From Ylistrum balloti (lineage: Eukaryota), in assembly GCF_031769215.1 (NCBI RefSeq), contig NW_026782003.1, forward strand, positions 3,720,001 to 3,784,000: 64,000 nt of DNA, written 5' to 3'. The stretch's first letter is position 1. The number at the start of each line of letters is the position of its first letter. This document shows positions 48,459 through 61,000 of this stretch, piece after piece. The position numbers were made by a program, and so were the translations under genes. The notes below the pieces were generated by a model. It saw only the letters and a program-made list of their open reading frames with translations, was not told the DNA's origin and did no database searches.

Positions 48459-51400
48459 TCACGTTACTGCATCAAAGTACTTCAGCTGCTGGTGCTTCAG
48501 AACCTGAAACAGAAAACGAACAGCTCAATAGTAATATTAACCAGTGTGTAATACAGTCACACCTTTTAAGTATCAGATTTTGTATCACACATCTAGACAG
48601 CAATCTGATTACAAAAACTTATATGGCAGGGAAAATAAAATCATTTTGAAATTCACACCACTTTTAGTGAAGTTTCACGAAAAAGCTGTTTTTCAAGACA
48701 GCAGTTGTGATTAGTAGTCAAAATATAGTGGTCATGAATTACTTAGTAACTTATTCAGTGGAGATTCAAAGCAAATTGTCTTGACCCTTATTGGGTCCTG
48801 CCCCTCTGGCAAAAGGGGATAATATGTACATCAATTTCTTTCATACAGAACCTTTCAGTTCTCAGTAAAGATGTTTCAGACCAGTTAAACTTAGAATCCA
48901 TGCCATCATTAATCAGGATGAGTAAAACTCAAAGCAGAATGTCTGGTCTCAATTTTGCTTAGTGACCCTGCCCCTTTGGTTTCAGGGGTCACAGCAACAT
49001 CATACATACAGAATATGTTCACTTGCCAAAGTGATGCTTAACATTAAATGTAAACCTACAATAATTACTAGAAAATTTAGGGCCCTACTTTCTATCCCTA
49101 AGAATTGGTCCAACCTCATTAAAATATGCCCTTCCCAAGTGGCATCACTCTGGTTTTGGTATCACCCTAGTTTCATGGTGGATGGTATCATTTCGTGAAA
49201 TTTGAACAAGGGACATCTATGACAGCATCTTGTTAATAACAACATCTGTTTATTCACAGGCTTGTTTGTTTTCTTGTTTTGATTTTTCTTTTTCGTCAGA
49301 CAACATAGGAAACGTTACAGACGCAAGGGTTGTGTAAGCGGTTGAAATGGTTGGACTGGAACTTGCAACAGAAATGACAAGAACAGATCAGGACCAAGGC
49401 TAGATTTACAATATGTACAGTTTGAGGGGTCTATCTGTACCTGTCCGAAACTTATCGGCTAAATATCATGTGTTTTCAGAATTTCTGCATAAAGCAGGAT
49501 TGCTGCACACATATATTTCTAAAAATGTTATGCTATTAAGTACGGGTGAAAATGGATGATATTTTATTTTTGGTTCATTGTTTTTATACAAACAGGAAAT
49601 TCAAAAACTGCATTTTGAGCTTTATATGGTCATATATCATTTCCAACATAGGGTACAGGTGTGTTCGTTAAACACTAATTACTGTTAATGCCCAGCCAAC
49701 TGAATTATTTCAGCCAGGTCATCAACAAGCTACCAAGGACAGAGCTACAGTACCTGATTACCCCAGCTGGTCCAGTCAGGACAGAGGTTTCTAGCAAAGA
49801 GTTCCAGACAGTGAGGGTTTGATGGGAGATACTCCTTCATTACCTCTGTAAATATACAACAACAATTGTTATCTCTAAAAAACTACGATCCTTTCCTACA
49901 ATATTGTACATACTGATATAAAATGTTCATAATACCCAACAAATTTTCACAGACAATAATTTTGATACAAACAGGTATAAATGTCAAATCATTATTTAAG
50001 AGGTACAATTCATTTTAATGCATTGCGAACTGATTAAACTTGTGATATTATTAAGATAACAGTGATGCTGGCCTTCCCGACTGCAGGTACAAGTAATGAA
50101 GTAGTATGTGTAGCTCAGGATTGAAAAAATTCATGTAATGAATTGGAGTCAGTGTATAGGGTTCAATTTTCTACTGTAACAGTGACCTTGACCTTCAGAC
50201 TTAATAACAAATTCTATGCTAGCATTTCTTGTATAAAAGTAGCAATGTTTCAGGCTGAGAGGTCCAACTTATTTTGAAAAGGTGTGACAGAATGAGGACA
50301 TCAGGGTACAATGATGATGGTCCTACTGAGAGATCTGACTTACCTTGTGTAGGAGATATAACTGTTTCAGGAAAAGGGTACACGAAGATGATGGTCCTAT
50401 TGAAAGGTTTGACTTACACTGTAAAACAGGTGTGACTATAGAAGCAGTAGGATACAATGACTATGGTCCTACTGAGAGGTCTCACTCACCTTTCTCAGTC
50501 AGACTTGCCTTGTAGAGAAGGTGTGATAGAATTGAGACAGCAAGGTACACAGATAATGGTTCTTCCAAGAAGCCAGACTTACCTTGTAGAGGAGGTTTGA
50601 CAGAATGAATGCAGCATGGAACACTTAAGATGGTCCTATTAAGAGGGATCTTCGAAGTTTCTTTTTCTTGTATAATGGACTGTTCTTCAGTGCTTTCAGT
50701 ATCGGTCTCAACTGTTAGTTTCCTGCATCTGCCGATGATCAGTACTTCATAAGGTTTTCTGTGTGGGGAGTCAAATTCATACACCATCTCACCTGCTTTG
50801 GTGACCTGATATAAAGAGTTTGAAAATTTATTAACTGTAAGTAATTAAAACTGAAAGTGATGCTCAGTGATTTGTAATGAGCCATATTAAACCAAATCTT
50901 TGAAGGCTACTTAAACGGTGAAACGGTGTTAGAACTCACAAAAATAAAACATGATTAAGTTTTTTAAGTGATAGTGCCAAAAATGACCATTAAATTCCAT
51001 AAATTCCACTCTGATGGTATAGGAAATATAATATCAGTATAGCTGTTTACAATGTTAAAGTGACACATCCGTCAAATGGTATAAATGAATGAACATCTTT
51101 ATTGCATACAGAGCTCATATCAACTTTCAGACAAAGTTATAAATGTAGGTCAACTACTTTACCAAATGATTAGTCACAGAAATGTTATACCTTGACCCAA
51201 TGCCATTCAGTCAGAAATTCAACTGACCATCTTGGGAACAGTGAATCTTTAATGAACTGAATGTGCTGCCATCTGTTGGTGACCCATACCACCACTACAG
51301 AGTTATCTGCCCCAAGCCTTTGAACTGGAATGTCTATTAAGTCTTCATTACTCATACTGTAGTACCTGTAAGATATAAATATTTTTCTCCTGTAAAGACT

Positions 51401-54400
51401 GTACAATAAATTGTGTGTGTAATGGCAACTTCATATCATCTACTACTAATATGAAACAGAGGTAATTATTTTTCAATGTTTCCACTGAAGTAAAGAAAAA
51501 ACCCAATTCATGCAAAAGAAGAATTTAATGAAAATGAATTATGTACTTTTAACAAAAAGCACACAACACTTCCTGTTTCTAATGCCAGTCCACTGGTCAA
51601 AACTCTATCAAGGAGGTAAAGCTTTGAAACCTTATCTAGCAAATTAAATCAAGTTCACAATTCAAATTAAGTTTGTCATTCTGAATTTAAAACAGTCATA
51701 AGGAACCCTATAGAAAATAGCAATGGTTACTTATATTTGTTAATAATCTTACAATAATGATTTATTAGATATAGAAGTAAATTTGAATATACATGTATGT
51801 AAAAATTATTTTGTATCTTTTTAACAATTTTTTTTATGTAAGCTTAATAGCATTATTATTATTCACTGTAGGCTGAACCTAAAACCATAGGCTGATAAGA
51901 TAAATTCTGTTAAAGAGAAATTTTCCCTAGCTGAAACTTGGTGGAAGTAATGAAAGTAAACTGTAATTTTACATGGATTACACATTATTTCTCCTGCAGA
52001 AAACAGAGCCTGAGTTTTCCAGAAGTGATGGCAGTGCCTGTGAGAGCATGTTACACACGTTGAACAAATGGTCTTACTCGGAAACATCGAATACTGAATT
52101 TTTTGTAATTTAATGAGGTTGATTCATCTCCCCATTGGATTCTTGATTTGATTTCCACCAATTTTAATTTCCCTCAGTCCCCTCCTGACCATTGCTAGAA
52201 TGATGAAACAGTTGTGAGTATTAGTTTGCTCATAATCTATCCATTTATGAATTTGTATTGGACTGTGCTGCTTAAATTAGTGTCAAGTACAATCTTTGCA
52301 TGAACAAGTTCTAATTTTGTATCATCATATGAGATATTCAGGACAAAGTTACACAGGGTGAACAAAGGGCCATAACTCTTTATATTGTGAGATATCCAAG
52401 ACAAAGATACACAGGATAAACAAAGGGCCATAACTCTTTATATAGTGAGATATCCAAGACAAAGATACACAGGATGAACAAAGGGCCATAACTCTTTATA
52501 CAGTGAGATATCCTGAACAAATTTCACATGGTTAACAAAGTCATAACTCTTTTTGACATATAATTGTCATTTTTCCTACACACTTATTGGTCAAAACATC
52601 TCTAACAAATCTGAATTTATTGTGATGTTACACAAAAACACTCTGAACTCATGTACACAAGGTGTGAACATAACAGCTCACCACCCTGTTTGGTGTCTCA
52701 CACATGAATACATTTCATATAACAACCCAGTAACTTATGAAGCAATTTTCGGCCAACCAGAAACACGGATTGTGATCATATAATAAAACAATCCAGCTGA
52801 AGCAATTATCACTTTCAAAAGTTAATAAATGCTTGTATTTACCTGAAAGCAGGTCAATAATTGTATCTCACGGAGAGATGCCCAGGACAAATTACACTTG
52901 GTGAACAAAAGGACAATGAAATATAGTTCGAAGTCCAGCAATTAGCAATCAGAGACTCTCAGATGTCCAAGGCATAAAAGTGAAAGAAACATGAAGTAAA
53001 CATCTTCATAAATGTGGTGATGCTAATTTTCTGTATATTAAACACTATGAGTAAAATTTGTCCCAAAATGGTTAACACTAGTTTTTTCATTAGAAGAACT
53101 TTCTTTCAAAAGGACCACAATGTCGCGCCTTTAGAAGTGCATTAGATTTTCAACATTCTGACCCTATCTACCCTAAGTTTTAACATGTTTCGTTTCACTT
53201 ACTTTTTCAGTCTTTTTACAGATTTATTTTGCCATGGAGGATCCATCACAATCATATCAAATTGAGGAAAATCTGAAACAGATATTTCACATTTATATCT
53301 TTTTGATAAGAATATCAAAAACTTAAACTCCAAATTCTACCTTTAAAATATTTACCCATCAAAACTTTCTTATATCTTTGGTAAACCTGGATGCAGTTGT
53401 GGAAATGTCACAAAATTGAGTGATGTAAATACATGTACTCTGTGGCTAAGCTATTGCTTAACTTACTGATAACATTTTCCTGGAAAAACATTGGCAACAT
53501 ATCAGGGTTTCATCTTCTATAGCTCTGTCCTCAGTAGTTACCTATGCTTGTCTCCAGTAAGCTGAGATGGCTGATATCCGACAAGAGAAATGAACATCTT
53601 GGTGGCAGTAGATACCGTTCATTGTCCAGACTGACAAAAGCAGTGTCATCACCATGGTAATGAACAGGTCTGTTCACAATGCTGCTCATTGTCATGGAAT
53701 CTGTGATTATTTACCATTAAAACAAGATAAATTACCAGACTAATAGCGTTTTCTGTGATCGCTAGGGCTATGAAGAAAATTTTAAACCAAGTGAAAAAAG
53801 TATAAGTATGTTATATCTTCACAAGTGATGCCATGAACTTGAAGGGCCAGGTGAGAATGTATCTTGTATCTGAACTAGATGTGAGGAAACGACACATATA
53901 CTCCCACTTGCAACCAAGGAGAACCCTTGGCACATAAAATAAAACTGAAAAACTGCCTGCAGAATCCAATGTAAAATAAAACTAAAATTCTGCCTGTATA
54001 TCTTTTACAAGTTCCCGATGGAATTAAGCAAGGCTCTCCAATAATGGTCTTATTGTATTTGTGAAAATCTTGATTGAAATTCTTAAAAGTTGAATGGCCA
54101 TAATTCTGGGAAATACAAATCAGAACTTGACCTGAAAATTATCAATGCACAACTTAATACTGAATTACAGTTCTGTATCTTTATTTGTTTATGAGTAAAC
54201 AAGCAGAAAATTAAAAAAATTGACAGCCTGGCAGTATATATAAGGTAACACCATAATATTCATCCAACCATGAAATGACAGGGGCATAAAAATGCCTGGG
54301 CTATATTGTTATATTAATACCACTATGACAATGTTTCCCCCTTATTACATATTTACTAATAGGACAAGGTCTCAGTCATGTTCTTACCATTGTTTTGTAA

Positions 54401-55865
54401 GGTTATTCCCTGGTGGTTACGGGCGGTTGGAAAATGATACTGGTAACAGGATTCCTCCAGGCTATCATTAGTCTGTCCAAGCGACTTCACTGCTGACCGA
54501 GCTCTCACATTGTTGTCTAAATCCTGCACATTTTGTTTAGTGGGAAAATAGCCAATTTCCTTCCCCATTTCCAGTAATGTATTAATGGCTAAGCGTAATT
54601 GATCTTTGATCTGATCATGGTACTCTGCTGCTTTCAGTTCACCACAATTCAGCTCAACTTTCCTTTTCCTCTACAAAATATACAACTACAGTTGTAAAGA
54701 TCTATTTTCCCTTAATTCAGCTTTTTCTTCTGCCAAAATATTCAAGCGTGTACTATATACCATATAATTTTTTGAAAGTTATCATTAAGATAGAGTGTTT
54801 TATAACCTAGTGTTGCACATCTTTTGAAGAAAGATTTTTATCGTTTATGCTGAGATATGTGTAGTTTCTGTGGCACTTTTTCATATTGATTCGTTATTTG
54901 ATACTTTAAACTTAATTAAGACTCAAAAGAGAAAGTGACTGAATGCAGAATTTATTTCATTGTCTCACAAAAATATGAATATCAGTAATGTTATTTGAAT
55001 TGTAGAAAAACAGACTATGTCAACAGGAAGACTTTGATGGATGCTTAGCGTTTCATGACAATGAGCAGTAGTCCATTCAAGTGACCTGGCCTGATGCTGG
55101 CAAGGTGCTGAATGGAGAGGGAGGAGACTAACTAGCGGCAGGGATAAAGGCTACCCCCTTTGCACTTGCCGGATATCAATATACTTAATTAAACCAGTCA
55201 AAAAACTAACCAACCAAGTTTCATGTTATCTTTCATCTTTTTCAAGAATGTGATATTTCTCTTTTTATATTTATTTGCATAAAGATGGCATTATTGAACA
55301 ATTTATATTTGTCAAATTACATGTAATCATTCCTCTTAAAAACACCTGCTACCAAAACATCCCTTTGTGCTTATACAAACAGGATACGTAAGGTTGCTAA
55401 CTCGTTTAAAAAGTTTTTGTATCGGTAGTCTTCTTGAAACTAAGGTGGTGGAACACTCTATCTTAGAAGACTTTGACTTGAATGAAATTGTGCCTAGTGT
55501 ATATCCAATACTATTTCTCTATTTCGTTTCATTTGTTTAGAAAAATATTGGTGATTATATCGCAGATTTATTGTATTCTTGAAAATCTATTGAATTAACA
55601 GAATGAACAAAAAAATTTTGAATACTTTTCGTTTTCTCTTCATGGTTGACTCCATTTCGCATGTTGTTCTTATGTTACTGTCTTGTTTGGCTGCAAACTG
55701 GCTGTCCATCATAAAAGGACTCTTTATATCAAAAAGGTCAGCCTGGAACTGTAATGATGTCTGGACACTATCAGATGACTGGTTACTCTGAAAATTGTAA
55801 GTCTGATCTAAGAACTGCTTGTGGTCGACAACCCAACCTAGATCGGATTTGCAGATAACAGCCAT
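48459..55865 (-). CDS. METTL4: N6-adenosine methyltransferase METTL4 (MT-A70 family), 428 aa
   Basis: Eight coding exons (minus strand): 55865-55626, 54670-54388, 53700-53542, 53272-53203, 51365-51191, 50805-50583, 49845-49754, 48503-48459; phases consistent. Motifs GWVVDH, KRKRK...NCGELKAAEYH, YLLPPRCSFLLSDIS, catalytic FDMIVMDPPWQNKSVKR, VVWVTNR, EWHWVKVT, DSPHRKPYE, SVPCCIHSVKPPL and LELFARNL...WTSWGNQVLK match METTL4 in order. Confidence 0.95.
50270..50582 (-). repeat. Four degenerate ~74-bp tandem copies of the METTL4 exon-6 3' end plus donor
   Basis: Copies align to 50573-50650, e.g. CAGACTT(A/G)CCTTGTAGAG(G/A)AGGT(T/G)TGA(C/T)AGAAT and ATGGTCCTA(T/C)T. Confidence 0.8.
52331..52552 (-). 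repeat. 58-bp tandem repeat, ~4 copies, within a repeat-derived intronic segment
   Basis: GAGATATCCAAGACAAAGATACACAGGAT.AACAAAGGGCCATAACTCTTTATA..GT. Confidence 0.88.
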
Positions 55866-56645
55866 ATCTGATTTTCTCTCCGTAAAGTCAGCCTAAGCAT
55901 AAAACAAAACACATTTGTTATTTTCATATCATATATGAAAGTTTTAATCGGATGCTATCTTTTTACATCAGAGGTTCCAAAGAGCACACTTATTATGTTT
56001 GAAACAATACTTCAAAACAGTATATTCTGTTTTTAATAATGCTTTTGCTGTTCCTTCAAAGATTGTATGCCATGATTTACTAGATAAAAGTATTTTCAAA
56101 CAGAAATTCTGTGTATGCATACTATTTTTATCAAATGCTGTTATTTTATGTGTAAAACGTCCGTTCACAGATGTAATGCACTACCTATATAAGACCTATC
56201 TATGTAAGCCTATTGTAGCCAGTGGTGTTCGGAATTTGTCAAGTCCCAGTTACTGCCAGTTGCTGGACCTGCACGCACGCACACAGTCTTTCCATGTTGA
56301 CGATAACAGACTTGTCTTACATGAAAATTATTCATGAAAATCAAAGCACGAAAACTGCATTAAACACCAGGAACTTATTGGGATTAAAAGCGTGTTTCAG
56401 ACCGGTTGTAAACAAATCATTCTAATACCGAAAACGGGTTTTCGGATTACAATATTTGGTCCGGAAAATCATTTCAAATCCAGATTCGAGATATTTACTT
56501 TGTTAGTATACCGCAAATCAATTGTATCAACAAAAATACATCAATCAAGATGTCATAAAAATTCTCAGAATAATAAGTCTTCCTGTCTCCATTATTATTT
56601 ATCCCTTACAGTGATCCTTAGCCTCTCTGAAGTAACTACAAATAT

Positions 56646-56681
<36 letters not shown>

Positions 56682-58064
56682 GGTTGAATGAAATAAAAAC
56701 TCATTTTTGGTGTCAAAATAAGTGTGTATTGGGGATGTGTCAAGTTGGTGTGAATTTATTTTGGAAAGAGGCTAAACTAATGCTGAAAATCCACCATATT
56801 TTCATATTATCACTTCAAAAATGGATCATAGTAGATAAAACCTCTGATTTGGGTCATACAAACTAGGATCTATGGAAACCAAGAGGCCCAAGGTCCTAAA
56901 CAGTCATCTCAGTTACGTTGCTGTCACTGTTCTCATAACATATGTCATAGAAATAATCTTGTTAATAAAGTAAGATGGCTTGAACTAAACTGTGTACATA
57001 ATGTGGATGTGTTTAAACTGTGCATAACATGAACTTTGTGGATTCAAATTATTGATGTTATTCAATGAATGAATTCCAAACATACGTTGAACATGCAAAA
57101 AATAACTTGAAGGAAATGGAAATTTGTTTAAAATCATCTTACATACATAGTGTTATGTCTGTAGTTTATATGGGCAGCCAATCATACAAAAAAGTTCATG
57201 TAAATGTACTAGATGATATGTTCAGATACATGTTTTCTTGTGTGCATGTCGCGTGAAATTTTGTACACTATCAATCTTAACCGTGCTTTTAATATATACT
57301 TTGATGAATTCATATATAATACATCCTGTAATTGTTGTGATTCCATCTTTGTTTTTTGGTATAACCTTGTTGTTTTCTGCATGTTTTCATAATACCTTCA
57401 TTTGTTGTTATCATAGCTCTACAGAACTTATATTTGTACGATCAAATATACAGCACTATAATTATTCCTGTATCTTTTTAGTTTACCTCTGTGAAAACAA
57501 AATTTCTCTTACATTGGTGATATATTTTGCAGTTTGAAGGTTGATACTACACCATCTGCCACTTTCTCTGTCTATAATGAGTTCTAATATTTAGAGACAA
57601 GACAAAGTATCATTTCTTTAGGAGAGTTTTTATTATCACAGAAACAAGGACGGAATGCATATTATACAAATATAAATAAATGGATGAATTCATTGATAAG
57701 TCAAATGAAAACAAAAGTTCTCCATATCAACGCTGCCTTGTTGACATGTGGTCATGTGGTCATCTTTCCTGCTACAACAAGATTGAGATCTAATATAACT
57801 GCTTAACCACTTCTCAAACCTAACATCAACCCCGAACCACTCTCTGATGAACTGGCATTGTATTGCTGTGGTACCGTACCAGTTATTTGTGTGATAGTAT
57901 TGTCTAACACTCAGTCATTGATATCACAGTTGTTGATCAGTTACGTTGTATTGTTCAGTGTTCAACATATATCCGTAATCCTGTTTAAAGTTGAGTGGCT
58001 ATTCCTTTACTGGGTCCTATGTAAAGTCTGGTGAAGGTCTCTTAACCATCTAAAAACCGTTGAA

Positions 58065-61000
58065 TCACATACTTGGTTTGCCAGCCATCTGATTTTGTAA
58101 TAAAGTATTGTAATCCTCGATGGCTGTGCTTACTTTGCGACTGACAGGACGGAAGTCACACTCCATAGTTTTGGCTGCAATGACTTTTGGCAAAGTTAAG
58201 GAATCAATATTTTTTATTGATTAAAATTCTCTTGTATGGCAAAATGTCGAAAGAATTTCAGGAGAACTGGCACACTTATATATTACCAGTAATGAATTAT
58301 TCTACACATGTAAATATGAATATTGGAATATACAAATCCTTACTTATTCATTAGCTGTTCCACTGAGCGACTTGTGAAATAACTTAACAGTGATGTCATT
58401 CTATTTCAAGCATAAGAAGCTAGGAGGACTTAATTCTCACCAACTGAAAAATTAGGTACATGTACTAGTTATATTGTAAAATTTGTGCCAGTATTTATGT
58501 ATAAAGTATTTCACTTCAGATACAAACATTCCTCGGGTTTGGCTTCAGGGCAAGAAGGGATGTGGGGATGGGTTTATTACTAAACAGAACGATTATTGTT
58601 CAATGACTGATCATATAGTTAAGATATTGGCTATGGGTTAAACTACCTGTCATAATAGTCAAAGTATATATAATTCAAGTATAATATATCTATTGAACAT
58701 AAGGAATATTTATCTCAAACATTCTTAATTTGTTGTAATAAGTTGTATACTTTATAAGGATACAGTCTTTCATGACAAAGTTGTTCTGTTCATGATGTTG
58801 CCATTTACGTTCCAGATTTTCCAGCTTAAATTAAAAAAAAAAAAAATTTCATTATCATTGAATTCAAATTCGTTTTATGGTTTCAAAACAAAATACATTT
58901 ATACAATAATAATATAAAAATACAAGTACAAGTGGTCTTAATTCTGAAACCACTGAAAATTAAAAACTGTGATGAAATCATAACTGAACATGTCAATGAC
59001 TTACATAGCAAAGAAATTGATTTCTGCATCAGTAAAAGACAAATAATTGGTATTTCTTTATAAAAAATTGTATTCATTTTCTCAGAATCGAATTATTTAC
59101 CTGATTGAAGGTTTCATTGTCCTTCAGGTGGGATTTCAGTCCCTCGTACTTCGCTGTCAAGTGCTGCATTGTTTTCTTAAAGGTGTCTCTACGTTTCTGT
59201 AGTACAATCCTATCCTCCATCAATTTCTGTAAATATAAAGATTCAAAAGACCATCAGGTCTGTTAGCCTTACCTACAGTCATCACTTTCAACAGACTGTA
59301 GAATGAATAAGGCAAGCCTTACCTGCCCATGTTACACAATATACGCTGATGAAAACTCAGCATACCTTATTTAAATTACACCAAAACACACTAGTGAAAA
59401 CTCTACCCCTATTCAGTGGAATTACACATTATGTGATATATGTATTAAAAATTAAGTGAAAATTTTGAATTCTTCATTGTAATAGTTGATTATCAACTTT
59501 TGAAATAAAAAAATATGTTTTCAAGTTCTTTAATGAAATCTACATTATGCATGGGGTTTCAATTTCGACTTCACAGGAATTACAAATCAGTTGAGGTACT
59601 TAAAATGCTCTCACATGTAGTGAGACAAATATATAATGAACCTGGGTAGGTGTACCTTCTTTTTCTGCTCTGAATTTCTTCGGAGAGTGTCAAGGTCAGA
59701 ATACACCTCTAACTCCTTCTCCATAGTGGCGATTTTATCTCCCAACACAACCAATTCAGAGTTGATCTTATCTTCCAACTGCTCCACCTTTTGAAGGTCC
59801 TGTTGTAGCTTGTCACTCTCTACAATCAATAGTGTATATATATAGCAGTGAAACTAGGGCCTACCCAATAACCAATATCTCAATCCCCTGTAGTAGCTTG
59901 TCATTCTCTACAATCTAAATTGTATACAGTTTGGAAGTTCTCAGAATGTAAAGATCACCCACTTATCTCAGTACAAGGTAGGCAACGCTACTGACCTGAT
60001 CCTAGTCCTGAAGTGATAAAAAAGTCACCCACATATCTCAATACAAGGTAGATAACTCTACTGACCTGCTCATAGTCCTATATGGATAAAAGCCCCACCC
60101 CCAACATATCTCAGAACAAGGAGAATAACTGAACTGACCTGCTCCAAGTCCTAATGTAATTCAAATCAACCTCATATCTCTTTACAAGGTAGATAACTCT
60201 CCTGACCTGTAGATATCTGTACTAACCTGCTGCTAGTCCTAAAGTGGTTGTTTCTGATTTCTTCATCTCTCCAGTCTTGAAGTCCAAATCTTGTTTCATT
60301 GTAGCAAGTTCTTGTTGACTTGGTAAATGTGAAAATCGAGTCATGTTCTAGCGAGAGAAAAAAAAAATTAAAAGAAAAAGGAGAACAGTCATCATCAAAA
60401 TTTATACTGCAGTGTATGGGTAAATTGTTAGAAGGACATAAAACCCTAGTAGTATTCCCTCTGTTTGTATTCAATTGCAAAACATTACAATTTAAGCTAA
60501 AATACTACATACCAATCCTAGCAAGAAATACTTTGAACGTTCACTAATAATTCCTAGATGTTTTAACACTAGACAATCAATATTATAATTTATCCACTCA
60601 AAAACAATGTTGTTGATAACATCTGATTGTACGTATCATTATCTTTCTAAAAGTGATACAGCTTAACCTTGTTATAAATCTGTGATACCAAAATGAACAT
60701 GTTTTCACCTATCTAAACAGTCTTCTACTTACCCTACTTATATGTTCCAAGATGCTGACGACATTTTGTTCCAGCTGATTAATTCTTTGCTGTAATTACA
60801 GAACGGGAAAATAAATTTGACATAGTCTAATTCAGAATGGTAACACTATCATGCCTAAAGTTTATAGCCTTGAAAATAATTATAATCAGGAAAATGAAAG
60901 TTTTTATTAAAGTCAATTTATAGTATACTAGGTAAATAACAGAACTTTACATACATTTTTTAGTAGTTTTAAACTCCGAATTAAAAATCTACTTTTAATT

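Noticed and set aside
56650-56678. Poly(A) run of about 29 nt upstream of METTL4 as a retroposon tail
   Set aside because: No recognisable retroposon body or target-site duplication next to it.
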